A stretch of DNA of 63,948 bases, filler included, from Octopus bimaculoides (Eukaryota), in assembly GCF_001194135.2 (NCBI RefSeq). It is 5 parts of 5 records of this genome, joined end to end, with 100 filler letters (N's around TTAATTAATTAA, not from the genome) between each part and the next. Parts side by side here need not be neighbours in the genome. Positions count along the whole stretch, not along the records: positions 30,016 to 54,779 come from NC_069005.1; positions 54,880 to 62,636 come from NC_069002.1; 3 more parts are not named here. One strand, 5' to 3'. Positions 48,947 to 61,758 of this stretch are shown here, piece after piece. The notes under the pieces are model-generated. The model searched no databases. It saw only the letters and a program-made list of their open reading frames with translations, and was not told the DNA's origin. Every line of letters starts with the position of its first letter. Positions within the stretch are counted from its first letter, which is position 1. Position numbers and translations under genes: made by a program.

Positions 48947-49120
48947 ATAATCCTATTCTACTACAAGCACAAGGCCAGGAATTTATGTAGGAGAAAGTTG
49001 ACTGAAATAACACTAGTGTGCTCAACTGGTGCTCATTTTATCAACACCCAAAGGATGAAAGGCAAAATCAACCAGGAGTGAATTTGAATTCAGAATGTAA
49101 AGAGCCACAAGAAATACCAC

Positions 49121-49420
49121 GGACTTATTCTTTGCGAGCCTAGTACTTTTCCTATCGGTCTCTTTTGCCGAACCGCTAAGTTACGGGGACGTAAACACAC
49201 CAGCATCGGTTGTCAAGCGATGTTGGGGGGACAAACACATACACAAACATACATATATATACGACAGGCTTCTTTCAGTTTCCGTCTACCAAATCCACTC
49301 ACAAGGCTTTGGTCGGCCTGAGGCTATAGTAGAAGACACTTGCCCAAGGTGCCACGCAGTGGGACTGAACCCGGAACTATGTGGTTGGTAAGAAAGCTAC
49401 TTACGACACAGCCACTCCTA
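49121..49420 (-). mobile_element. SINE family 1 lacking its 3' tail, inside the SINE-2 stack
   Basis: High identity by eye to 41615-41940. Confidence 0.9.
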
Positions 49421-50793
49421 CTATCTTAATAATAATTCTTTCTAATTTTAGTGCATGGGAATTAGTCAATTATATTGGCCCCAGTGCTCAACTGGTATCT
49501 TTTATATTGACCCCCAAAAGGAAAGCAAAGTTGATCTTGGTGGAATATGAACTCAGAACATAAAGAATTAGCAGAAATGTTGTTAATCATTTTGCTTGAC
49601 ATGCTAATAATTCTGACAGCTCACTACCTTAATAATCCTTTCCACTATAGGCACAAGGCCTGAAATTTTTGGGGAGGGAGTAAGTTGATTATATTGACCC
49701 CAGTGTGAAACTAGTGCTTATTTTATTGATTCTGAAAGGATGAAAGGCAAAGTTGACCTCAATGAAATTTGAACTCAGAATGTCAAGGTAGGTGAAATTC
49801 TTATTTCTTTACTGCCCACAAGGGGCTACACACAGAGGGGACAAACAAGAACAGACAAACGGATTAAGTTGATTATATCGATCTCAGTACGTAACTGGTA
49901 CTTATTTAATCGAACCTGAAAGGATGAAAGGCAAAGTTGACCTTGGTGGAATTTGAACTCAAAATGTAAAGACAGACGAAATGCCACTAAGCATTTCACC
50001 CGGTGTGCTAACGTTTCTGCCGGCTCACAGGTAGGTGAAATTCTGCTAAGCATTTTGCCTAGCGTTGTTTGTTGTTTATAGTTTCAGCTCAGAGCTGCGG
50101 CCATGCTAACAATTCCACCAATTCACCAATAATTCTTTCTAATTTTTAGCATAAGGTCAGCAGTTTTGAAGAGATTGTTAAGTCAATTGAATCAACCCCA
50201 GTGCTCAGCTGGTACCTATTGTACTGACCCCCAAAAGGATAAAGGGCAAAGTTGATCTCAGTGGGATTTGAGCTCAGAATGTAAAGATCTAGAAGAAAAG
50301 CCACTAAACATTTTGTTCAAATTTCTAATAGCTGTGTCTGCTCACCACCTTAATAATAATTATAGTCCTTTCAACTAAAGGCACAAGGCCTGAAATTGTG
50401 GGAGAAGGGACTAGTCAATTAGATCAACCCCAGTGTTTCACTGGTATTTAATCTATTGACCTCAAAAGAATGAAAGGCAAAGTTGAGCTTGGCAGAATTT
50501 GAACTCAGGATGTAGCAATAGGCAAAATACCACTAAGTATTTTGTCTGTTATTCTAATGATTTGGCCAGCTCACCAATAATGATAATAATAATCCTTTCT
50601 ATTAAAGGCACAAGGCCTGAAATTTGGTGGGAGGGGACTAGTTGATAACATCAACCCCAGTGTTTCACCGGTACTTCATTTATTGACACCGAAAGGATGA
50701 AAGGCAAAGTTGACCTCAGCAGCATTTGAACTCAGAATGTAGCGATGTGCAAAATGCTTAGCAGCATTTTTCCCAGAGTGCCAGCTCACCGCC

Positions 50794-50840
<47 letters not shown>

Positions 50841-52953
50841 CCTTTATATTATAAGCACAAGGCCTGATTATTATAAGCACAACTCCAGTGTTCATCAACC
50901 AGAAGGACGAATAGCAAAGATGATCTTGGCAGATTTTGAACTCAGAACATAAAACTGGAAGAAATGCTGCTCAGAATTTTGTCCAGCATGCTAATGATTC
51001 TGCCAGTTGGCTACCTTAGGAATAACGATAATAATGGTTTCAAATTTTGGCACAGAGCCAGCAGTTTTTGAGGGGAGGGGACTAATTGACCCTAGTACTT
51101 CATTGGTATTTATTTTATCAACTCCAAAAGATGAATAGCAAAGCCAACCTTGGTGAAATTTGCACTCAGAATGTAAAAATGGTCAAAAATGCCACTAAGA
51201 ATTTTGTCCTGCTTGTTAACGGTTGTGGCAGCTTGCTACCTTAATAATAAGGCCATAAATTTCTGTGCAGAGAGGTAAGCTGATTACATCGACTCCAGTG
51301 CACAACTGGTACTTTTTTTATCAACCCCTCCGAAAAGATGAAAGGCAAAGTCAACCCCAGCAGCATTTGAACTCACAACATCAAGATGGATGAAATATTG
51401 TTATGCATTTTACCTGGCATGCTACCGATTCTGTCAGTTCACCCCTTAGTAGTAGTAGTAGTAGTAGTAGTTCTTTCTACTAAAGGCACAAGGCCTGAAC
51501 TTTGGGGGGAAGGGCACTAATCGATCACAACGACCCCAGTGTTTCACTGGTACTTAATTTATCGACTCCAAAAGAATGAAAAGCAAAGTCGACCTCAGCA
51601 GAATTTGAACTCAGAATGTAAAGATGGATGAAATGCTGCTTTACATTTTGTCCCGCGTGCTAACGATTCTGCCAGCTTACCACCTTAGTAGTAGCAGCAG
51701 CAGTAGTAGTAGTGGTGGTGGTAGTGGTGGTGGTGGTTTCGGTAATAACAAGATGAGTAGTCAATAAAGTAAATAAATCCCNNNNNNNNNNNNNNNNNNN
51801 NNNNNNNNNNNNNNNNNNNNNNNNNNNNNNNNNNNNNNNNNNNNNNNNNNNNNNNNNNNNNNNNNNNNNNNNNNNNNNNNNNNNNNNNNNNNNNNNNNNN
51901 NNNNNNNNNNNNNNNNNNNNNNNNNNNNNNNNNNNNNNNNNNNNNNNNNNNNNNNNNNNNNNNNNNNNNNNNNNNNNNNNNNNNNNNNNNNNNNNNNNNN
52001 NNNNNNNNNNNNNNNNNNNNNNNNNNNNNNNNNNNNNNNNNNNNNNNNNNNNNNNNNNNNNNNNNNNNNNNNNNNNNNNNNNNNNNNNNNNNNNNNNNNN
52101 NNNNNNNNNNNNNNNNNNNNNNNNNNNNNNNNNNNNNNNNNNNNNNNNNNNNNNNNNNNNNNNNNNNNNNNNNTAATAGGATGTGTGAACGACCTGCCTT
52201 GAAGTGTGACCAAAATCTATTTAAAGACGAACGTTTTTTCTGTCTTTAAATAGTTACCTGAGAGAGAGAAAGATTTCCAGGTAGCCTGTCTGTCTCTGTC
52301 TCTCTCTTTCTTTCTTTCTTTCTGAAAGGCGTGCGAAAATACGGACGACGTGGTCCACCCTCTATGGGTATGCAAAGAAACGACACAATGGAAACATGTG
52401 ACCAAAAATATGCAAAAAAAAAAAAACAACAAAGAGAAATAGAAGCTTCTCGTAAGAATAAGAGACATCATTTTCTTTATTAAACGAATCTTTTGCGTGT
52501 GTATTTACAATATTTACATCTAAGTTATGTATTGATTAGGATAATTCGTTGATCGTCATCAGCTGTCGTTATTCCAGGAAATATGCATAGTCCCAGACTG
52601 GATTCAAATTTGAACGAGAAGCTTTTTTTTTTTTAATACAAATGAAGTGTAGTAGGATACAAGATGACGACAGAAGATCAAATGGATCGATTTTCTATTA
52701 TCGCCAGGTTGCCTTATTCCTTGACGTATGTAGAGTCCCAGACTGGATCCCAGTTCTAAATTATTTCATCTATAAACGAATACTACTGGAAAACATGACG
52801 ACAATCGAACATCAAACGGACTGAAAGATGTTGATACGTTTTAAAAATGTAGTAAATAATAACAATGCATAAATTATAGTTTTGTTGTCAATAACATTTG
52901 AAATATTTAGAAGTATACAGTAACGTACACTTTCTCTGTTGTGGTAACCTTTA

Positions 52954-53283
52954 AGGTAGCGATTCCCAAAACTAGGGTCCGCGGACCAGAACCGTCTTAA
53001 TGATAAAACACACTGAACAATTGCTCGGAAAGATCCCACGAATCTAGGGAACCAATGCTACGATGAGGCTTGCTGTCAATAAATAAATACTATAAGCTCC
53101 AATACATCATTTTGCGCGGAGATTTCCTCTAAAGCAGTTTAGTTAACCCTAATGCGGACCCGTGGGACTCTACAAAGTTCTTGGCTTTCAGAAGCTGAAG
53201 ACAAAATACCGACCTGTCAAAAGCTTTGGATCCGTATGAAATTTTATTTAAAACGGGTCCTTGTTCGTGAAAAAGTTGGGAAC
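52954..53283. mobile_element. Possible hAT-type MITE
   Basis: Left …gattcccaaaactagggtccgcggacc; right …gggtcc…aaaagttgggaac (degenerate TIRs). Confidence 0.5.
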
Positions 53284-53689
53284 AAGATTTTAGACCCCGA
53301 TCTCTGAGGGCACGAACCAGAAAGCATGACGATCCAACGAGGTAATCTTTACCTGGTCGTTCGACCAGCTAGAATTAGTAACTAAATCACCTTCAAATCG
53401 CACGCTGTCTTTAAAAATAGGCAAGACCCATTAGACAATGGATGACAAAGACATCTAAAAGACGGTCATAACTAGAATACCTATGTATATGGGTCCATCC
53501 GGCTAATGTTCATCAGTAGCTAAAGAACGGCAAGAACAAAAGAAAAAAAAAAAAACGAGTTAAGGAGAGGTAGGCAGGATTTCTGTGCCATCGCGTAACC
53601 TGCTAGAAATAATAGCCAAATCCCCCTCAACTCATATCCAACTATCTTGAAAAAGAACGCATTGGATATTATAGTCACATACACACACA

Positions 53690-53743
<54 letters not shown>

Positions 53744-53746
<3 letters not shown>

Positions 53747-53904
53747 GTTTTTAGGTTCGGGCACAATAGACAGCTGCCAGGGGCCTCACAGTAGTGGGGC
53801 CCGATTCTGATATATGTATACTGTAGCCGGGTGTCAATAAATAAATACTAGAGGGCTCAGTGCATTGATTTGCCCGGGGGCCTATAATACTGCTAGGACG
53901 GCCC
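53744..53904. mobile_element. Possible MITE with GGGCCGTC-type ends
   Basis: Right end gctaggacggccc; degenerate left end; GGGCCC-rich interior. Confidence 0.4.
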
Positions 53905-54404
53905 AATACTCAACACACACATATAGACGCACACTATGTATGTTAATTACATAGGGTGGTCACAGATGGGACGGCTTTTATACCATAGTTCAGTTTAATT
54001 AGTTCCGACCTGGAGTTAATCAATCAAAACAACAACAACAGACGCGATGAAATTTAATTATACATCCGAATGATTATGAAATAAAATACACGCACAAAAG
54101 TATCATTATTTAACATAACGAGTCCCACAAGTGCCTGTTTTTCGATCCAATGACAGAGTCCCTTTCTCCCTTTCTACATTTTAAAGTTTATCAGCTTATT
54201 GATGGATGTACATTGTTAGTAACCCGAATGGATTGCTTAAAGTTCATTTGTGACGGGTCTGGGAATTCGATTAAAACTTCAGCTGCTTCAAATACCAACC
54301 ATAGAAATTTTAAGTGGAGGGTGGTGCTGCTGTTACATGATACGAATGTGTCATTAAATTAAGTGGAGGTGCATCATTAGGTGCTCGAGCGATCTGTTAC
54401 AAAT

Positions 54405-54625
54405 ATTGGTTTCAAATTTCGGCACAATGCCAGCAATTTCGGGGGCGGGAGCGGGGGCTAAGTCGATTACATCGAACCCCAGTAATCAACTGGCACTTAT
54501 TTTATCGACCCAGAAGGGATGAAAGACAAAGTCAACCTCGGCGGAATTTGAACTCTGAACGTAAAGACGGACGAAATGCCGCTAAGCATTTTGTCCGGCG
54601 TGCAAACGATTCTATCAACTCACCG
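54405..54625 (-). mobile_element. SINE family 2 (tail type B)
   Basis: ggtttcaaatttcggcacaatgccagc…gtcaacctcggcggaatttgaactc. Confidence 0.9.
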
Positions 54626-55060
54626 TGTTATCTGTTAGAAATATCAACGAAAAATCTTCAAATCACAGCTGACTCCCTCCAAATTAAAAGTAAAGTGTAT
54701 TTAGTCTTGGATTCCCTATACTTTTTTAATATCATCATCAACCGCTCGACATTACTATCGCTAGTCCTGGAGCTTCTAGNNNNNNNNNNNNNNNNNNNNN
54801 NNNNNNNNNNNNNNNNNNNNNNNTTAATTAATTAANNNNNNNNNNNNNNNNNNNNNNNNNNNNNNNNNNNNNNNNNNNNATATATATATACATATACATA
54901 TACATATATAGGTATATATATGCGCTCTTGTGTATATCGAATGACTCGTCATATGCATACGTGTATATGATTGTATAACTATTATGTAGACATAAGTATG
55001 TATGTGTATTTGTTTTAATGTACATGTGTGCAGATGCGTATATGCATGTGTGCATAAGCT

Positions 55061-55094
<34 letters not shown>

Positions 55095-55505
55095 CATGTA
55101 TTAAGAACAATAATCTATAATATGGTTAATAGATGTTTTGATAGCATTGGTTCCTCAAATAATGTCACGCGTATTTGTATCACACCTCCTCTCTTCTCTC
55201 CTCACCTTTTTCGGTATTGGTTTCTGTGTGTGTGTGTGTGTGTGTGTGTATGTCTTTATGTATTTACATAGCTTTCACTCTCTATATACACGCACACATA
55301 CACACGTACTCAAACCTATATATATATGTATATACTTGTATCCATGTGGAATGTATTTATCATTTTTTTTTCCATATGTATCTCTAACGTTGTGCATCTC
55401 TATAAATCTATAACGTATTTATTGCACAGGTATATATATACACACACGTGCATGTATGTATGTATATATATTTGTATGTATGTATATATGTATGTATGTA
55501 TATAT

Positions 55506-55548
<43 letters not shown>

Positions 55549-56164
55549 NNNNNNNNNNNNNNNNNNNNNNNNNNNNNNNNNNNNNNNNNNNNNNNNNNNN
55601 NNNNNNNNNNNNNNNNNNNNNNNNNNNNNNNNNNNNNNNNNNNNNNNNNNNNNNNNNNNNNNNNNNNNNNNNNNNNNNNNNNNNNNNNNNNNNNNNNNNN
55701 NNNNNNNNNNNNNNNNNNNNNNNNNNNNNNNNNNNNNNNNNNNNNNNNNNNNNNNNNNNNNNNNNNNNNNNNNNNNNNNNNNNNNNNNNNNNNNNNNNNN
55801 NNNNNNNNNNNNNNNNNNNNNNNNNNNNNNNNNNNNNNNNNNNNNNNNNNNNNNNNNNNNNNNNNNNNNNNNNNNNNNNNNNNNNNNNNNNNNNNNNNNN
55901 NNNNNNNNNNNNNNNNNNNNNNTATATATATATATATATATATATCCTCTTATTTATCTATATATCTATCAATATATAGATATATAAACTTTCTCTCTCT
56001 CTCTCTCTCTGGATGCGCACGCGTAATCACTATAGCGTACTAATGTGGCATGGTTATGATCAATCACTACAGAAGTCTTGCACGATATCATTACCATTTT
56101 AGAAGTTTCTCTAGGAGTGTTGTGCATTGTTTTTCATTTCTCCTAAGAAAATATATCGTTAACA

Positions 56165-56414
56165 ACTTCCCTAAGATGAAACGGCCGCCGTTTTCACACC
56201 ATTGTTGAGATCCAGAGCGAATCGCAGGATGTCTTCGACTCGCTTACGGAAAACGACTTCCAGGCCGGATGCCAAAAGTGGCAGGAACACTGGGACTGGT
56301 GTATTGATGTGCAACGTTACTATTTCGAAGAAGATGATGGTAAAACTTAGATAAATAAAGTATTTTCTATTATTCAACATAATTTGCCCTGGAATTTTTT
56401 GATACCACCTCGAA
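56165..56414 (+). mobile_element. Mariner transposase C-terminus and 3' TIR
   Basis: FPKMK..GRRFHTIVEIQSESQDVFDSLTENDFQAGCQKWQEHWDWCIDVQRYYFEEDD*, then …ttttgataccacctcga. Confidence 0.85.
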
Positions 56415-56904
56415 TAAAGGGGAACCTTAAATAACTCCAATGTAAAATCCAGCAGGCTAAATATAAACACCGTAGTGCGAGTAAACGACTGGTTGTAGTT
56501 CTAGATTAATGATCTGATTCATATGATAAATTTCAAACGAATTTATTTGACTTTATTTTGATCTACTTCTATATCGTTTTATTAAGATTAATTCTCTTAA
56601 AACCTACGTGAGGCGTCAAGTGAAAGCATTAGCTTTAAGTGTTCTGTCTATTTGCATATTGTTAACACGCCAAAATCAACATATCTCAAAATCCTCATTT
56701 GGTCGAACGTGCCCTCAGATCATGACATCTGAGAAAGCGAATGGACTACATAATTGTTATAACATATTTCTATATATCATGGTTGGTATTTCATGACATC
56801 GAATGAATTGCGTAATGTTTGTACGAAATATGGAATAAAAATATAGCCCGTGTTCGGAAACGATTGTAGCGTCAATTTGACTTGTCTTTTCCTCATTTAA
56901 ATTA

Positions 56905-57149
56905 TTATTTGCAAATTTTGGCACAAGGGCAGCGATTTTCGGGGTAGGGATAAGTCGGTTACACCGACCCCAGTGTTCAACTGGTACTTAATTTATCGAC
57001 CCCCAAAAGAGATGAAAGGCAAAGCCGACCTCAGCGGAATTTGAATTCTGAACGTAAAACCGGACGAAATGCTGCTAAGCATTTTGACCGGCGTGCTAAC
57101 GATTCTGCTAGCTCATCTGCTTCATAATATTAATAATAATAATGATGAC

Positions 57150-57215
<66 letters not shown>

Positions 57216-57445
57216 CCTTTCTACTATTGGTATAAGGCCTGAAATTTTGGTGGAGGGGTTAAATCGATTACATCGATCCCAATACTTCACTAGCACTTAT
57301 TTTATCGACACCGAAAGGATGAAAGGCAAAGTCGCTATCAGCGGAATTTGAACTTAGAACGTAACGACGGACGAAATGCCGCTAAGCATTTTGGCCGGCG
57401 TGCTAACGTTTCTGCCAGCTCGCCGACTTCATAATAATAATAATG

Positions 57446-57503
<58 letters not shown>

Positions 57504-57923
57504 TAATAATAATGATGATAATAATAATAATAATATTTTATAGGATTGAGGTAACTCCTCCAGCAGTTATACAGAAGCCAAAAAAAAAAAAAAGAAGAGT
57601 GCCATAGTTACCAAGTGAACGATATTTCGGCATCTAGTGTAACTGTGGAAAGCAGGAGAAGTTACCTCAATCCTATGAAATATTACCAATAATAATGATA
57701 ATAATAATAATAATAGTAATGATAATAATATCGTTCACTAGATAACAATGGCACTCTCCTTTTAATTTTGACTCTATATCTTCAGGAGGAGTTACCTCAA
57801 TCCTTTCTATATTAACCAAAATGAAGTAGATTGACAAATTTATTTTTTGAACCAGTTGAAGACACACAAGATGTCGAAATATCGTTCACTAGATAACAAT
57901 GGCACTCTTCTTTTAATTTTGAC

Positions 57924-57981
<58 letters not shown>

Positions 57982-58190
57982 TTATTATTATTTCAAAGTT
58001 TATTCTACAAGGGGAAGCTTGGGGAAGGTGGGGATGAGTCGATTACATCGACTTCAGTGTTCAACTGGGACCTCCAAGAGGATGAAAGGTAAAGTTGACC
58101 TCGGCGGAATTTGAACTCAGAACATGAAACTGGACGAAATGCCGCTAAGCATTTTGACCGGTGCGCTAACTATTCTGCCAGCTCGCTTAA
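56905..58190 (-). mobile_element. Three SINE family 2 copies in (TAA)n (56905-57118, 57215-57430, 57990-58190)
   Basis: Same orientation and spacer logic as the 48-51 kb stack. Confidence 0.9.
57543..57673. mobile_element. 131-bp MITE with ~22-bp TIRs and TA flanks; two partial inverted copies at 57728-57804 and 57861-57925
   Basis: ataggattgaggtaactcctccagc (57540-64) is the reverse complement of gcaggagaagttacctcaatcctat (57652-76) with 2 mismatches. Confidence 0.75.
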
Positions 58191-58195
58191 TAATT

Positions 58196-58236
<41 letters not shown>

Positions 58237-58253
58237 TGATAATAATAATGATA

Positions 58254-58330
58254 ACCTAAGGGTACAGATAGTAACCGCTACCCACATAAATACCATCAGA
58301 AATAAGACCGAACCTGAGCCAAACCAAAAT
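58254..58330 (+). mobile_element. ~77-bp 3'-terminal fragment of the second Dong-like family
   Basis: acctaagggtacagatagtaaccgctacccacataaat…cctgagccaaacc is homologous to the minus strand of 36324-36398 and is embedded in (TAA)n. Confidence 0.75.
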
Positions 58331-58759
58331 TATAATAAGAAGAATAATAATGATGATGATGATGATTATGATGATGGTGGTGATAATAATAATCCCTAGC
58401 ATCAATATGATGATAATATGAGTGAATAATCTTTGTCTTTTTTTTTTTTTACTTAACTTTTTTTGGCAATAATCTATAATCCATTACATTTCTATTTCCC
58501 GGCGTTTAATCTATTCACATCTTACTTATGTCAGTCTAATCAAAGCAAATAAAGATCAGATCAGGTTTTAAGACGTGATTTTTGTTTTTCACTTATGTTT
58601 AAGTTTGTTATTGTCTAGGTGCGTGTTAGGTTCTGTGTGTGTGTGTGTGTGTGTTCTGATGTATTTGTTTCATTCACACATACACGATTGCACACGCACG
58701 CACATACACACACGCAGACATATACACACAAACACACACATACACAGATATATCTTTCA

Positions 58760-58950
58760 TTAGTCACTGGACTGCGGCCTTGAAGAACCTTTAGTGGAAT
58801 GAATCGACCCCTGTATACTTACTTTTTTTAAGCATGGTACTCATTCTATCGGACCATTTTGCCGAACCGGTAAATTTCGGGGATGTAAATACATCAACAT
58901 CGGTTGTCAAGCGCTGGTGGGTGGGGGAGCAAGCACAGACACAGCGACAC
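58760..58950 (-). mobile_element. SINE family 1, 3' half
   Basis: cagtcactggactgcggcc…catcggttgtcaagcg. Confidence 0.8.
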
Positions 58951-59150
58951 ACAAACACCCAGTTGTCTCTAGATAGAATAGAGACAGCTGATGAAGGGAT
59001 ATTCCAAGGGGCTTTCCGTTTTCCTATGTGTTCGTTCCGTTGTCTGTAGTTTATTGTTCTAACGTCCTGTACCCTGATATGCATGTATATACACATGTAG
59101 ATGTAAGTATGTACATATATGTGTGTATACATGTATATATATATTCTTTG

Positions 59151-59181
<31 letters not shown>

Positions 59182-59989
59182 ACGTTTTATGTAATTAGGG
59201 TTGGTTATTTTTGTCTTAATTTTTTGCTACCCTAAGACTTATTAATTATAAAATATTTTTCGCTAATTTCTTAAAAATCGGCACTTTTTTGTATTTGCTG
59301 CCGATTAGGTATTCCGCACATGCGCAGTAATTTTTGAAAAATTAGACATATATGCACAAGTCATGTTCTCTATGGAACACACACACAAATACACACACAT
59401 ATCAATACAGGAAATTGGAAATATTTCGGGTATTAGTTATTCAACATTACACGTGTTTCATTTGCTAATAGGATTTCCAACATTGTACATGTAGTAGAAA
59501 ACATGTGAGATAACTCTAGTTAGAAATTCTTCAGATAGAGAATCAAATAATATATCAGAATAGTTAACGTAGTATAGTTAGTATTTTAAGAATGAATAGT
59601 AGTGAAATGCTAAGCGGTGATGATAATATATTTTAGTGTAAATTAAAATGTAATATTTTGAGGTAATTAGTTGTAATAGAGATACTGAGGAACAAAATTC
59701 TTCCTTTTGAATAAGAATGTTCTGTTCTTCAGAAGAAAACTGAATGAAGCTTCTAAAAATGAAGCTTCGGGTAAATTTACTGGGAATCATCTCTATGTGT
59801 TTTTAAAACCTATATTTATATATTTTTTTTATTCCTAAATCGTGTAAGGTATTCATACAGAGATTTCCTACATCGAAACTAACCAACAGCGTATTCTCTT
59901 TTGCTGTTTTGGGAAGATGAGACAAAATATAAATCAATGTCATCTCGAATGAAAATAAATCTGAAAGGGTACAGTAGTTTGAAAATAGT

Positions 59990-61130
59990 TCTCTCTACTA
60001 CAGGCATAAGGCCTGAAATAATGGTTGGGGGTAGGAATAGGGACTAGTCGATTTCATTGCTCCCAGTATCCAGTCGTTGCTTATTTTATTGACTCCGAAA
60101 GTATGAAAGATAAAGTCGACTTCGGCGGCATTTGAACTCAGTATATAAAGAAACGCCATTACGCTTTTCCACCGGCGTGCTAACGCTTCTGCTACTAAAA
60201 TTGCTTAGACTATTATTGGTAGAGGCTGCCAGGTCAGCAATGATAAGATTAAGCTGCTGATATTTTGGTTTGTACAATTTGACATATTCACCACTTTATT
60301 CTCTCACTGCATTATGGGTATCCGTCGACTTAATTTATTTTCCAGAGATCATAAAAATTTGTAGCTTTTATTTCAAAATTGATAAAGCCGTTCCTTTCTT
60401 ATGTGGAAAGTGAATTATGATAGTTTAAAGGCACATTACTGAGCTGCTTCATAATGCGATGCTCTATATTTACAGGTATTTCTGAATAAAATTTGTATCT
60501 TTTAACTCTTCTTCAGCTTCTCATAATGGATGCTAAATATTATCGGGATTGATAATATTTAGCATCCATTATGACAATAGCTGCAATTTATCTGTCTGTT
60601 TGATGTCCATTGTTTCATTCTTTTGGAGATTTTTAACCGCAGACTTTTCCGATTTCGTAATATTTTGTTTGACAAAGGTGGCGAGCTGGCAGAAACGTTA
60701 GCACGCTGGGCGAAATGCTTAGTGGTATTTCGTCTGCCGCTACTTTCCGAGTTCAAATTCCGCCGAGGTCGACTTTGCCTTTCATCCTTTCGGGGTCGAA
60801 TAAATTAAGTAGCAGTTACGCACTTGGGTCGATGTAATCGACTTAATGCCTTTGTCTGTCCTTGTTTGCCCCCTCCATGTTTAGCCCCTTGTGGGCAATA
60901 ATAAAATAAGAAACGTTAGTACGCCGGATGAAATGCTTAGCAGTATTTCGTCAGCAACTAAATTTTGGGGAAGGACATAAGTCCATTACATTGAGTGCAG
61001 TACTCAACTGGTATTGGTATAATCTACCCTTAAAAAGGATGACGAACTTGAGCTCAGCGGAATTTGAACTCAGGAATATCGATTGAGCATTTTGTTCGGC
61101 ATGCTAACGATTCTACTGGCTCGCCACCTT
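59990..61130. mobile_element. SINE family 2 copies: - 59990-60200; + 60677-60910 (tail C) plus partial 60910-60960; - 60960-61130
   Basis: Family-2 head and core motifs. Confidence 0.85.
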
Positions 61131-61444
61131 CATATATACATCCACACTCACACACACATACACACACACAGATATATAAGTACGTACATACATACGGAAG
61201 TAAATACATAGATACATACATATATACATACATACGTACGTACATAAATACATACGTACATACATACACACATGCATACATACAGTCATAAATAGATACG
61301 TACATGCATATATACATATACACATATATACATACGCACATACATACATGCGTAGACAAATACATACACACACGTATACATACATACATACATACATACA
61401 TACATACGTACGTACATATATACATACATTCCTTTCGACTCTAG

Positions 61445-61758
61445 TTAAAAAGAATGACCGTGGTATTGCACCTAGAAAGTTCCCCTCGGAGGCACAAGTC
61501 CGGGCAAAGACCAGCAATCACCGATGCATACCAGCCCCTCCTCTCCATGCCACCGATGTTGTCCAAGGAAAAGGCAAAATGCCGATGCAGCTTGGCACTA
61601 ATGACATCACAACTCGTTTCTACAGCTGGGTGAACTGCAGCAACGTGAAATAAATCATCTTGGTCAAAAACAAAACACACAGACCAGTCCGGGAATCCAT
61701 CTCACTATCTCATGATTGTGAGTTCAACGCTCTAACCACTAGGCCATGCGCCTTCGCC
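61445..61758 (-). mobile_element. tRNA-derived SINE family 4
   Basis: Minus strand: ggcgaaggcgcatggcctagtggttagagcg (A box TGGCCTAGTGG)…tttatttcacgttgctgcagttcacccagctgtagaaacg. Confidence 0.8.

Larger units (their letters stand above)
48214..51686 (-). mobile_element. Head-to-tail stack of ~13 SINE family 2 copies separated by (TAA)n
   Basis: Units start near 48216, 48366, 48948, 49432, 49634, 49802 (nested), 50135, 50366, 50593, 50840, 51037, 51250 and 51472. All are on the minus strand, with tail types A, B and C mixed. Confidence 0.92.

Noticed and set aside
48214-51686. CRISPR-like or satellite periodicity
   Set aside because: Units are diverged ~220-bp tRNA-derived SINEs with microsatellite spacers; eukaryotic context and no cas genes.
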